Position numbers and translations under genes: made by a program. DNA of 59,846 bases, counting the filler, from Sphacelaria rigidula (taxonomy: Eukaryota), in NCBI GenBank assembly GCA_964200075.2. It is 8 parts of 8 records of this genome, joined end to end, with 100 filler letters (N's around TTAATTAATTAA, not from the genome) between each part and the next. Parts side by side here need not be neighbours in the genome. Positions count along the whole stretch, not along the records: positions 7,495 to 14,888 come from CAXNAA020015120.1; positions 14,989 to 22,382 come from CAXNAA020015121.1; positions 22,483 to 29,875 come from CAXNAA020015122.1; 5 more parts are not named here. One strand, 5' to 3'. The notes under the pieces were generated by a model, which saw only the letters and a list, made by a program, of their open reading frames with translations, made no database searches and was not told the origin of the DNA. Numbering within the stretch: the first letter of the stretch is position 1; the number at the start of each line of letters is the position of its first letter. This document shows, piece after piece, positions 11,346-22,843 of the stretch.

Positions 11346-13057
11346 TATTCTACGCAAGACAACGTTGGGGTATTCGTGCTAATTTGTACCACGACCCATT
11401 CCCGTCGTAGCGTCCGGAATCATAGACACTTCAGCCATAAATCATGAAAATGATGGTTTACGTTGTTTTGCTTCTCCTGTCTGACACGCGTATATCCGCA
11501 TGGTTCTTTGAAGCTGTATAACGCTTCCTTCGCTTACAAAATCTCGAAGGCTACATGGTCGTTTTCCGGTTGTTCTTCTACTACTGACGAGCTCGAAAAT
11601 ACTTCTATTGTTGCCGATGAAGTTGTGCTTGCAACATATGCACTACCAGGTTATCCGTCACGGTCACTGCCGTTTCACTTTGGCTACCTCCCACCCCATC
11701 GATGGGCACGGACATTCTGGTAGAGCTCGTCCGCTATCAGGGCGAACCATTTCATCAGGTGTTACTTGCACACCCGACATAGATCACATCGTGAAAAATT
11801 GGACCGTGTGCGGTATGGTGTCTGTCGTCTGCTGCAATAGACGCAACATTCTACACTGCACGCAGGACACTCTTCGACGAAGTCATCTGCTCTTCAGCGT
11901 GTGGTTATGTGATCTTCCCAAAGCACAAATACCGAGGGGAATTCACTGATATTTGCTTGAATTTTTTCGTGTTATTGTTGTAGCGCTACGATCACGATGG
12001 GACCATCATCTTCCTAGATGTGAACAGCTCCTGACCGACACGTGAAATACGCTTTCCCTTCAGCCGCGGGACGAAGGGCGAAATTTGGGCTGCTCCTATC
12101 CTAACTCTCACCTGCCCACCAGTGCCTGTAGGATCTTAGTATGCAGGGAACAACGTGGGCCGCCGTTCGGTGCTCCCATAGGATACGGCAGGTCACCTAC
12201 GACCTGCCGAAACTCGCGAGTTGATCCCTTCAGGTTCCCTAAGGCGTCGTTCATGTTGAAACGCTCGTATATTCTACATGCTGGCCCTTTCTCGCTGGGC
12301 ACCTTGTGCGCCACGAGAACCGCCTTCGCGCTGTTAGTAGAATGCTGCGCCGTACCCTTCTTCGGGTGGCCTCCAGGGTGGGAGTTGTACAATAATAGGA
12401 TCAGCGGGCTATCCTCCACAACGATAGACGCATCTCGATCCAGCACATCTGCGGATGTGCGGTTAAGAAGGGGGAAATCGGGAAGAGGGGAACGGCAGAA
12501 AGTCCATGACACAGCCGATATATTACGTCCGACCTAGCACCCACCGCGACGAAGGTCGAAAATGGATGCAGTTGCATGATAAACCTGTAAAAGGACTACT
12601 GTGTGCACGAACCGCGCATGTCATGCATGATGGAGTGAAATTTCGATCAGAACCCGTAGCCGTCTCGAACACGCTCTTTTCATCGCGCGGGCACCAGTGG
12701 ACTACCGCGCAGTCAACATTCACGGTGAGGGCTGAAGCGAATGCCGGTCACTCGAGGCGGGAAAACAAAACGCGCCGAGTATCATGGTTGATGTTTTTTG
12801 TGTTCGTGTGGAAGGTCCTGGTGGGGACACTCGCCACGCCTTCGGCCACGCGGGACATGCGGCTGTCCCTCATGATTTTATTGACACACTCCGTATAACA
12901 TAATGTCGGGACGTCAGCTTGTGTTTGTTTTTAGGGTCCGCTGATTTCTCACTCCTTCTGAAACGAAAGACATGTGCACAAACACATGAGTACTCACCCC
13001 GAATGCGGGCTCCGTGCACCATCCATGGGCGGGGGATGCTAAAAGCGATCGTTCCGC

Positions 13058-13272
13058 TGTAATGCGTGAGAGAGAGGACCGCGTGCTTAGAGGACCGCAT
13101 CGGAATTTGAACATCCCTATGGTTGGGGTTAGGGTAAGGGTTAGTGTTGGGGTTAGGGTTAGGGGCGTGGTACCTCCAGGGGCTGACCCGATTGGTTTTG
13201 AAAAACGTCGATGCTGAGGTGTTTTGAACTACGGCGCGATCCTCTAAGCATGCGGTCCTCTCACGGATTACA
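13058..13272. mobile_element. Ginger-like MITE (TGT...ACA, 4-bp TSD CCGC) carrying TTAGGG repeats
   Basis: TIRs of about 37-41 bp (tgtaat.cgtgagaggaccgc.tgcttagagga.cgc); CCGC at 13054-13057 and 13273-13276; internal degenerate TTAGGG tract. Confidence 0.8.
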
Positions 13273-15299
13273 CCGCTGGAGTGCAGGGACTCGAGTATCC
13301 GTAGTATGCAACGCCGTAGGGAGTCGTTTGGCGTCTTTGAGTCCCTTAGGAGACTCTTTTCAGAATCAATGGCGACGACAACGAGCTTTGGTGGGGTTGT
13401 GACCGGCAGCTGACCGTCACCTTCGAAGAGGTCGTCTCCCTTCAGGAGAGGGAGTCCTCTGTGCAGAACGGTGTTCTGCGCCCTTCATGACCACGACGGG
13501 GTAGGAAAGTACGGGTGGTAGAGGGACAGTAGATGAAATGGTTGCGTGGCGCAACAAGTCGATGGTGCGATGACATCGGTGCAGCAACTTGACGGAAGTA
13601 TGGCAGCGCTTCAACGACCGCCGAAATATTTGTTTTTCTGAGGCATGTAGGGTCGCGGCAGGAATTAATTCTTCCATTCTTCTCAGCATCATGAACGACT
13701 TAGTGCCACCGAACATCTTTCCTGCTTTCACCTACAGTCCTCCATCGTGTGTCGGGTGGGGGCCGCGATATTTACCGCAGACTTCCTCATCTTCTTGCGC
13801 CGCCCTACTACTCCCCCGCGTTGATCCCCGTCGGTCGTCGATGCCACCTCTCTGCACTCGAGGCATCGGCGATTCGCCATATCGACCAACGAAAAGTTTG
13901 AGTCGTCTCCGATGGGCTCGAGGAGGTCGCAGATCGCCAGGTAAAGCATTCCGCAGTGAACGTTGTTGTTGCGTATGAAGGTGCATTTTCTGTACCATGG
14001 GATTGACGTGAGGCACTGGAAGTACGATATAAATCAGTCCCGATATATATATATATATATATATACTCGTTTAATATTTCCCCGCACCGTCCCGCACCAG
14101 ATTTCAAACAACAAGCACCAAACCTCCGGCGGTGATTCGCCCGCACAATACTGTTCCGACTTACTGCTGGTCTCGTTTGTAACTGGCCCCGCCTTACGTC
14201 AACTTCTGTGTAGAGTTTTCAAATTTGTTGCGGGTAAAGAATGGATCACAAGAATAAGACTCTTCATGGCTCATTTGAGTTGAGAGTAATGATCACGTCT
14301 GCATTTTCCCGTGAAATGACGTGAAGTCACGGGTACAATTGAACGAAGCAGGGGCCAGCGAGATTCGCTTGTTTGTTGCGCCCTATGCGCTGTCCGTATC
14401 ACAGCTGAAAGTCGAATGATCGAACATGCCGACAGGCCGAGTCTAACGTACAAATCCGCGTGTAGTGTGTAGCACCCCATGCTTTTTCTGCAGCGATACC
14501 TGGTGGTGGGGCTGGGCTTGAATGTTGGACTCAGCTCTGCTTTGCGGTATCCCTCCGCAGGGCGACAAGCCTTCTCTTCTTGCGTCTTTTTTTGTGGTAC
14601 CCCGTGCACCGGCGAGGTTTGCCTGCGCAATCGTCGCGTCTATTGCCTGAGACTTGCCCTTCCACACGTCGTAGGCGTTCCGTAGTCCGGGATCTCGACC
14701 GACTTTCTGCGGGACGTCAAAATAGTCCAGATGGTCAAGAGGCTACGGACCAGTCATTCTACGATAGGGGGGGGGGGTATTTTGGACCATTTTTGTTGCT
14801 CGAAATTTCGAGTCAAATCGTCGTTGAAAGCAGCAACGGTTGTTCGAACAAGCTTGTTGTGGATCAATAACGCTCATCCATACTGCCTNNNNNNNNNNNN
14901 NNNNNNNNNNNNNNNNNNNNNNNNNNNNNNNNTTAATTAATTAANNNNNNNNNNNNNNNNNNNNNNNNNNNNNNNNNNNNNNNNNNNNAAGGATGTCTGA
15001 CACACTGATGAGCCTCTTTTTTGGTGCAACCAAATACCCCCCCCCCTATCGTAGGATGACTCCCATGCCAAGATAGAGGCTATAGTAAGACAGAGATACC
15101 CGGCAATGTCCAGGAATCGTACGGAGAATCGTAGCATGGGCCAAGCTCTCATACGAGCAAGCTCATCCACCGAAATCGCAATCAAGATGGGGCTAAAGGC
15201 GGTGAAAGTTCCTCCAGTGGTACTGTAACCGCCAAGAACGGCAAAAACAGCAGTACGAAGAACATAGGTAAGACGTATGACGGCATACGAAACAACTGT

Positions 15300-16330
15300 C
15301 ACCGTTGCTTAAAGCCAGGACATCGATGGCCCGACTGCACCGCACACATCTCCGCCGCGAAGAAACCACAGAGCGGCTCTTGTGAGATCATAGCGTGTTT
15401 GTCGATTGGTATGCATGGCCAAAAGGATGCAATAGGAGAGCCTGAGGAAAATCAGGGATTGTACTGCCAAGTGGATAGTTGATAGTGGTGCGACCTTTCA
15501 CGTGACTAGATCAGCTGACTTACTCCGTGAAATGCAACCATCCGAGGATGAGCTTAAGATTGGTAATGACACTTTCATCGATGTTGAGGGTTATGGGCCG
15601 TTGACTGCTGTTTTCCCCAACAAGGTAGGAAGACTAACAGTAACGCTTGATAAGGTGGCATACGCACCCGCTGCCGCTTTCAACCTTCTTTCATTTATGG
15701 CCGCGCACCCACGAGGAGTAGGTTTCACGACTGATGACTCGGATATGAGCGTGACCCTACTGGACGAGTGTCTTAGATTTCGAAGTAATGGATCTGGATA
15801 CTCAACCTACGGCAGAAGGATTGACCCTGATGACTACATCCCCCTTCTCCTCTTGGTTCTCCAGATCATCAAGAATCTAGTGCAACCTGGCCCACCCTGT
15901 TCCCCTGGCGTTCCCCATGACAGCCCCCGGCAGTGCTGACTCACGTGAGCCTGCCGTAAACATTAACGTTTTCTACTGCTTGCACGGCCATACCAACGAA
16001 TTTCTTATGAAAGAGGCTGCTAAACCGCTAGGTGTAGAGTAACGGGTTGAGATCGTGCACTGGATGTTCCATGGTCAAAGGGTATCGTAAATCGATGACC
16101 AAGAGGACGGAATCACGTGCCTCGGAGAACCTAGAACTTGTTTCTGTTGATCTCAGTGGTCCTAAAAGAACTTTTTTATTGCTGGGGGAGAAATATGTGG
16201 TGACAGTACGGGACGATTCTACCCGGTATACTTTCTGGAGCGTGAGCCCGATGCCGCTGATGCCTTCTAGAAGTTTTTTCGCCTGATGTGCGTGAGAATG
16301 GTGTACCGTCGGAGGTAATAACAGCTACGT
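15300..16330 (+). mobile_element. Degraded Ty1/Copia pol fragment (protease, GAG-pre-integrase, integrase start)
   Basis: WIVDSGATFHV, AFNLLS, LHGH...CTGCSMVKG and LELVSVDLSGP...VRDD motifs, with frameshifts and stops. Confidence 0.88.
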
Positions 16331-16557
16331 TAGGTTCGGTGGCGGGGGAGAGTGGTTTGGCGGAGATTTCGGAGACGTATGTATGTATTGCTGTAATCAG
16401 CAGGAATATAGACATCGGGACAGAACAGTTATGGGGGTGAATGGGGCCCGATTTTGGGCACTATATATATGTAAAATGGACCGACCACCATCAACTGCAG
16501 AAAAATGACCCGTAATCGAGCCAATCGCATCAATCACGAATACAGACGTCCCCACTC

Positions 16558-16965
16558 TGATGCGGGGGTAAGTGTCCACACAGCTCAAGTGCGTCAACAG
16601 CAGTCAGCACCTTGATTCGGGTTGATAGCAGTAGTTGTAGATAGGTCTAGAACACGTCTTTATTATCTCCTCACCTCGTTCACTCCTTCAGACTTCACCC
16701 AATCTCATTCAGTCACACAACAACACACGTTCAATCTCTCCCAATCAGTACCACACACACTGACGCACACACTGACGCACCACATACACTTATATAAACC
16801 CCCAGAGCAAGGCTGGTAGTTGGCACCCAGACCCAAGATGGACTGAGAGGACGTGGGCGATGGACAACCCGGTTGCCCGTATTGTACACGTGACTGTACT
16901 CGCATAACCTACGTCATTATACATCATTTCTCTGATCGGTAACCTAATCCTCCGCAATTGCAACA
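16558..16965 (-). repeat. 3' LTR (TG...CA)
   Basis: Aligns with 21915-22309 apart from scattered substitutions and one small indel. The minus strand reads TGTTGCAA...CATCA. Confidence 0.85.
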
Positions 16966-17072
16966 TAGTGCATCCTACTTGTACCGCACTGTATCCTACA
17001 TCAAGCTTGTTCATGGCAGAGCGTGAGCATAGTCAGTTAACCCCCCTGTTCACGGCTCAGCCATGACTTGAA

Positions 17073-17800
17073 AACCTATACCGTTGAGAACCTATACCGT
17101 TGAGAACCTATACCGTTGAGAACCTATACCGTTGAGAACCTATACCGTTGAAAACCGGAATGGAAAAATAATAATCCAACACAAAAATGAAAATATCTCA
17201 AGCCATGCTTAAACTCCACAAATATAAGATATAAAAATCATAAGGTACCCAGAAAATAGTGCCAATATTTTCTGCCCCCAGGACCTTCATCACTTATCTC
17301 AAGTCATATCCAAAGTCCAAAAATATAAAGCATGAAAACTGACTTTACCCAGGAAACAGTACCTCCAATATTTTATGCCCCCCAAGACCCTCATCATCTA
17401 TCTTCAGTCATATTCCAAATACATGAAACATGAAAACTGAATTCACCCAGGAAGTAGTACCTCCAATATTTATGCCCCCCGAAATCTAAGTCACTTGTCT
17501 CGAGTCATGCTCACAATCCAAATATATAAAATATAAAAACTGAATTCACCCAGAGAATAGTACCTCCAATATTTTATGCCCCCCAAAACCTATGTCTCCT
17601 GTCTTGAGTCATGCTCACAATCCAAATATATAAAATAAAATAACTGAATTCACCCAGGGAATAGTACCTCCAATATTTTATGCCCCCCAAAACCTGTGTC
17701 TCCTGTCTTGAGTCATGCTCAAAATCCAAAGATATATAATGCAAAAAATTGAATTTACCCAGAAAATAGTACCTCCAATATTTTATGCCGCCCAAAACCC
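17073..17800. repeat. Tandem arrays inside the LTR element: 16-bp x5 (aacctataccgttgag) and ~100-105-bp x6
   Basis: Anchor cccag..atagtacctccaatattttatgccccc recurs near 17248, 17348, 17446, 17549, 17653 and 17758. Confidence 0.9.
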
Positions 17801-20095
17801 CTATCACACTATATTCCATGCAAAAAGTGTTCATATCATCAAATACCCCCGCCCCCCTTGCTTTCGTGACCACAGCGCTTCTTTCAAAACATTTACACTC
17901 TTTCCACAAATCGAATGCAGACAAAGAAATAAATCAATCCACGTTGGCATATCGGTGATACTAGAAACTGAGGTTTATCCGATCAAACTCGAACGGAACT
18001 ACGCGTGAACATACGATACAGTTCAAAAGGATCTGGCCGAGGTGTACACGTAAAATAAAAGTCTCGAACCTGAATGTTTAAACATTCTAGACCCACGCCA
18101 GTTTTCCACGCAAAATGATCCTCAGCAAATCCTAAAATGCCCAGTGAAGCATTCCACTCATCGATTACTGCAAGTCTGATGACTTATCAAATAAATCACC
18201 ACTGCCAGACAGTAGTCGCATAAGTGCATCCTCACACAACCGATAGGTGTCAAACCTTGAACATTAATCATGCAAAGTATAAACCTACTGATGAGCTGGA
18301 GATGTCAACATCTATCTCCGACCTCTGCGTTCCTCCTCTGGTCAAAAGCCTCGAATCCACCTCCGCGCTCCATTCCAATCAATATGCTCCTCCGTATTTC
18401 CATGCCACTTTTTTGCCCCACTGCTTCCTTGCCCCCCCCGCTTTCTTGACTGTCCGTACTCAACCACATTGGAGTCCCTACGCTCCCTCTTTCTCGACAT
18501 GACCGGCACCGCGCCATGCGTGAAAAGATTTTCGCTGACAGAGTCGGTGGTAGCGGTAGCGGCAGCGGTTGTCGTTAACTTGTTGGCGATGTTGTTAGCA
18601 GAGTTGGTGGTGGTGGCGGCGACTGCGATTTTGTCGGCGATGATAAAGGGATCGGAAATGAATATGGTTGTCGCGTGTGGTGCTCCCGCGGGACTGTTGG
18701 AGCGGGAGTTAACCGCGGGACTGTCGGAGCAGGAGTAGAAAGTGTAGCTGTGGTAGTAGGTGGTAACGGTGATGGTGCGGCAACGGGGAAGGGTGACGAT
18801 AGTGTCGGTATACCGGCGGCGTTGGCGGCGCAATCAATGTTGCTTTCCCCCCCCCCCGCCGTCGAGCGACCCAGCTGTGGAAAATTATTGACGAGTCACT
18901 GTCGACGCGACGCTGTTGGTGATGTCCATTTTACGTTGTGGTTTGCCGTCCGTGGAGGGTCGTTGGTTGGGTGTCAATGCCATGTACCTTCTCTCCCCTT
19001 CACTCAAATGCCCAACACTTGAAAACCGACTACGAATCTTACTGACGCCGACTCGCTGTTGAGCAGAAGCAAAATCTGGGGAAAACTTAAGGACACTAGC
19101 TCGTTGGGGGGCAGAATTAAAATCCGGGGGAAACTTACGGACAACAACTCGCTGTGGATTAGAAGCAAAAATTGTGGGAATCTTACCGACATCAACTCGC
19201 TGTTGAGCAGAAGCAAAAGCTGGGGGAAACTTGCGGACACCAACTCGCTGTTGATCAGAATCAAAACCCGGGGGAATCTTACTAACCTTAGCTTGTTGTG
19301 GGATGGATGTAGTGTCACGCTCGGTGGCGACAACAGGGGTGACTACCAGAAGCTGTCCGTAGGTTGATGGTAGGCGTGTGGCAAATTGTGATGATGAACG
19401 ATCGTTGTAGTCGAAACGTAGCTTGCCGTCGATCAGATGCACACCTACTTTATCGCAGATAACTTGTTGGCTCTTTTGAGCCCTGTGGATGGAGAATAGG
19501 TTGAAGTGAATTCCCTCCAAAACATACACATCCGTGAGCAGTACACACACTGCATCAACATGGGGGGGTTCTTCGCACGTGCTTGATGAAATTTCACTTT
19601 GAGACGCCCTACAGCCTTACCGGGTAGTATTTTACCATCCCCTCGAATATTCTCTTCCCCCACTGGTGGAGGACGAGTATCAAAAACGTCGGTCATGTTG
19701 CCTGCAATGTGGTGCGTTGTACCTGAGTCGGCAATCCATAATTCTGAATGAGAATGGGGCGGAGATTTCATCTGATGCAACATCCTACCCTTCATATCGA
19801 AATTACCCAAACGGAAAACTGACTTTTCTGGTGCGGCAGAAAGCGCCATGTACATATCACCACCAGGGTTATCAGCACGCGGCAGCTCGGCAGTTGAAGT
19901 TTGGTGGGGGTTCAGCGGATGGAAAGATTGGTCGGATGACTCGTGTTAGAGTGACAAGTATGATGGTGGTTGTGCAACGGAGGAAGGATCATGGTGGGAT
20001 TGGTCTGGCGGTGGATGTTGTGATGGGTAGCAGGGGAGATGTTCGGTGATGGTGGTAGGTTGCGACTGCAGTTAGTTGATGTTGGGATGTATGTT

Positions 20096-20343
20096 GAGTC
20101 ATGCTACGATAGGAGGGGGGTGTTTGATTCCACGAAAATATGGGCTCATAAATACTTCAGACGACGTAACACACTTGAGGTGCGCTTGTATTTGGGTAAA
20201 AGCGGCGTCAAGCAGAATGAATGAGCGTTATTTATCGGAAGCAAGCGCGTTTGAACAACCGTTGCTGCTGATAACGACGATTTCAAGTGAAATTTCGTGG
20301 AAGAAAACGGCCCAAAATCCACCCCTCTATCGTAGCATGACTC
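20096..20343. mobile_element. 248-bp MITE nested in the Copia element
   Basis: TIR GAGTCATGCTACGATAG plus G-rich run; flanks TGTT/TGGT (4 bp, one mismatch). Partial relatives at 14751-14888 and 14989-15062. Confidence 0.85.
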
Positions 20344-21914
20344 TGGTATTGGACTGCATGGGCAAACCTGGCATCGTTGAGAGCATTGTCCTCATGAACA
20401 AAGTTATCAACGCTCTCATGGTGCTGGTAGGCGGGATTAGTCTGCTGAACGGTGTTGGCTTGTGGTGGATGTTTGTGGATTTGGTGTTGTGGATGCGGGT
20501 AATGGGATTGTGGTGGTGTATGGTTGGTTGTGTGGTTGGACTGTTGTTGGTGGTGGGTTGGTAGATGTTGCTGGGTTTGTTGATGCTGGGCGTTGTGATG
20601 CTGCGCGTGATGCTGGCGAGGAGGGCAGTTGGGACAATTGAATGAGCAACGAATTTCGTAGGTTCGTTGACTAGGTTGGTGTACCCTACCACGGCCTGGT
20701 CCCGAACGATTCCACGGACTGTGTGGTCACCATGGCTGTTGTCTCGGAGAATACCATCCCCTCGACCACCATGACCACTGCTGATGTGTTGCTGTGAGCA
20801 ATGATTGGTATGGAAATTGGATTGATGTGGGTTTGGAGGGATGTGATGGTTGTATTAGTTTTGGGGATTGTGGGATCTGCGGTTCCCCCCGTTCTGCCTT
20901 CTCCCAGGTGAGCCATGGCCCCTTCCACCAGTACTAGAGGCGGAAAGGGCGTGGTTCAAGGTTGTTTTCTGCCTCTCTTTCAACAATTTCGCTTCTGCAT
21001 ACGCGTTTCCTAGCTGGCGGGTTACCTCTTCTATGCTTTTCTCTCGTAGTGCTAGTAAATTCCTACGTTCGTGCTCGTTCTGTGATGAAAGGCATCGAAC
21101 ATATGCCTGTTCGCCTCACAGTCCGAGAGAACTACATCGAATTCTTCGCGCTTCGTGCGAATAAACTGGGCCCACGAGAAAACGTTCATCGGCAATTCAC
21201 CGTCAGCCATCTGCAACGTTTGCCAACCGTGCTCCAACTTGGCTTTTTCCGTGGCTTCTGGAATCCTGTAGTACTGGACGATATAATTCCATGCTTGACT
21301 TGGGTTCGCAAGCATATCTATTTGCCTTACTATGGGGGGATGGGTTACCTTATCGAGACTTATCCTCATAGCCCTTTTGGCTTTGTCGACAGCTTCGTTT
21401 CCGAAATTTGCTCGCAAATCCTCCTCATTTTCACGGTATATCTTGATGGGGTCTTCAACTAACAAAACGTCATAGCAGTTCATCCTTGAAATAGGCATAA
21501 ATCTGGATGTAGAACACATCGAACCTGTCCCTGACATTAGTGGATGTGGCAGCTTTTTCATCCCAAGGTAGAATGCTTTTGTTGCTGCGCACACGGTGGG
21601 AATCGAGGTTGTGAAACGGTGTTTGCTGTGCCGTACTAGCAGGCATCACCGGTGTGCTGTTCATTGTCTGTTGCATTCTGTTCATCTGTTTAGTCAGGAA
21701 TCTCACTTGCCCTTCCATTGTGGGGTGCTGGTACTCTTCCATATCAAAACCTAGTCAAGTTGTCAACCTTGCTCAATCTTCGATCAACTCTGAAAACCTT
21801 CAAACCTCTCTCTCAAAAACTCCTCGACTCAAACTCTCCTCTTGCTCAAACTCTCTCCAATCTCAAACGTTTCTGCACCGGCGGTATCTCTTCCGCTAGC
21901 GTAATCGACCGCTC

Positions 21915-22309
21915 TGATGCGGGGGTAAGTGTCCACACAGCTCAAGCGCGTCAACAGCAGTCAGCACCTTGATTCGGGTTGATAGCAGTAGTTGTAGATA
22001 GGTCTAGAACACGTCTTTATTATCTCTTCACCTCGTTCACTCCTTCAGACTTCACCTAATCTCATTCAGTCACACAACAACACACGTTCAATCTCTCCCA
22101 ATCAGTACCACACACACTGACTCACCACATACACTTACATAAACCCCCAGAGCAAGGCTGGCAGTTGACACCCAGACCCAAGATGGACTGAGAGGACGTG
22201 GGCGATGGACAACTCGGTTGCCCGTGTGCACACGTGACTGTACTCGCATAATCTACGTCATTATACATCATTTCTCTGATTGGTTACCTGATCCTCCGCA
22301 ATTGCAACA
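21915..22309 (-). repeat. 5' LTR (TG...CA)
   Basis: Copy of 16558-16965, upstream of the gag ORF on the minus strand. No matching TSD seen. Confidence 0.85.
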
Positions 22310-22843
22310 TAACAGTGGATCCTAGAAAATGGGGTTCATACAAAATATGGGGTTGAAGTGGCATTTCTCTTTTGCAGGGAAGNNNNNNNNNNNNNNNNNN
22401 NNNNNNNNNNNNNNNNNNNNNNNNNNTTAATTAATTAANNNNNNNNNNNNNNNNNNNNNNNNNNNNNNNNNNNNNNNNNNNNATTCGAGCGAAAATTCCA
22501 CACATGCATGCCAAGATCCCACTCAGCATACGAAAATTCGTACATGCATGCCAATATTTGACTCAGGACCTGCAATGCAACCCGTGTTGCACAAACCATG
22601 CATCATGTATGCTATTCAGAGCAGCACAACACAAACATACCAAATTCTACGCGTGCACCGGCATTTTCCAGCGAACGCAACACGAGCACACCCGCTCTAC
22701 TGTCATGCTTCATGCGCGAACAGCAACACAAATATGACCCAAAAGCACACCACAACAACCTTGAATCGTCAGAAAACGATTCGGAAATACTAGTCATCAT
22801 GTGTGTCCTCATGCTCAACAAGTACCCTCACAAGTACTTGCTC

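Larger units (their letters stand above)
16558..22309 (-). mobile_element. Ty1/Copia-derived LTR element retaining gag and protease; no recognisable integrase or intact RT (probably non-autonomous)
   Basis: Near-identical direct repeats at both ends; gag-like ORFs 21470-21742 and 21052-21594; protease WIADSGTTHH near 19740; GIHFNLFS motif. Confidence 0.85.

Noticed and set aside
14751-15062. Apparent single MITE spanning the spacer
   Set aside because: The two halves are on different size-sorted scaffolds and their flanks (ggac/ccat) do not match; both contigs simply break in the same repeat family.
17073-17800. CRISPR-like array
   Set aside because: The units are contiguous tandem repeats with no unique spacers, inside a eukaryotic LTR element and with no cas genes.
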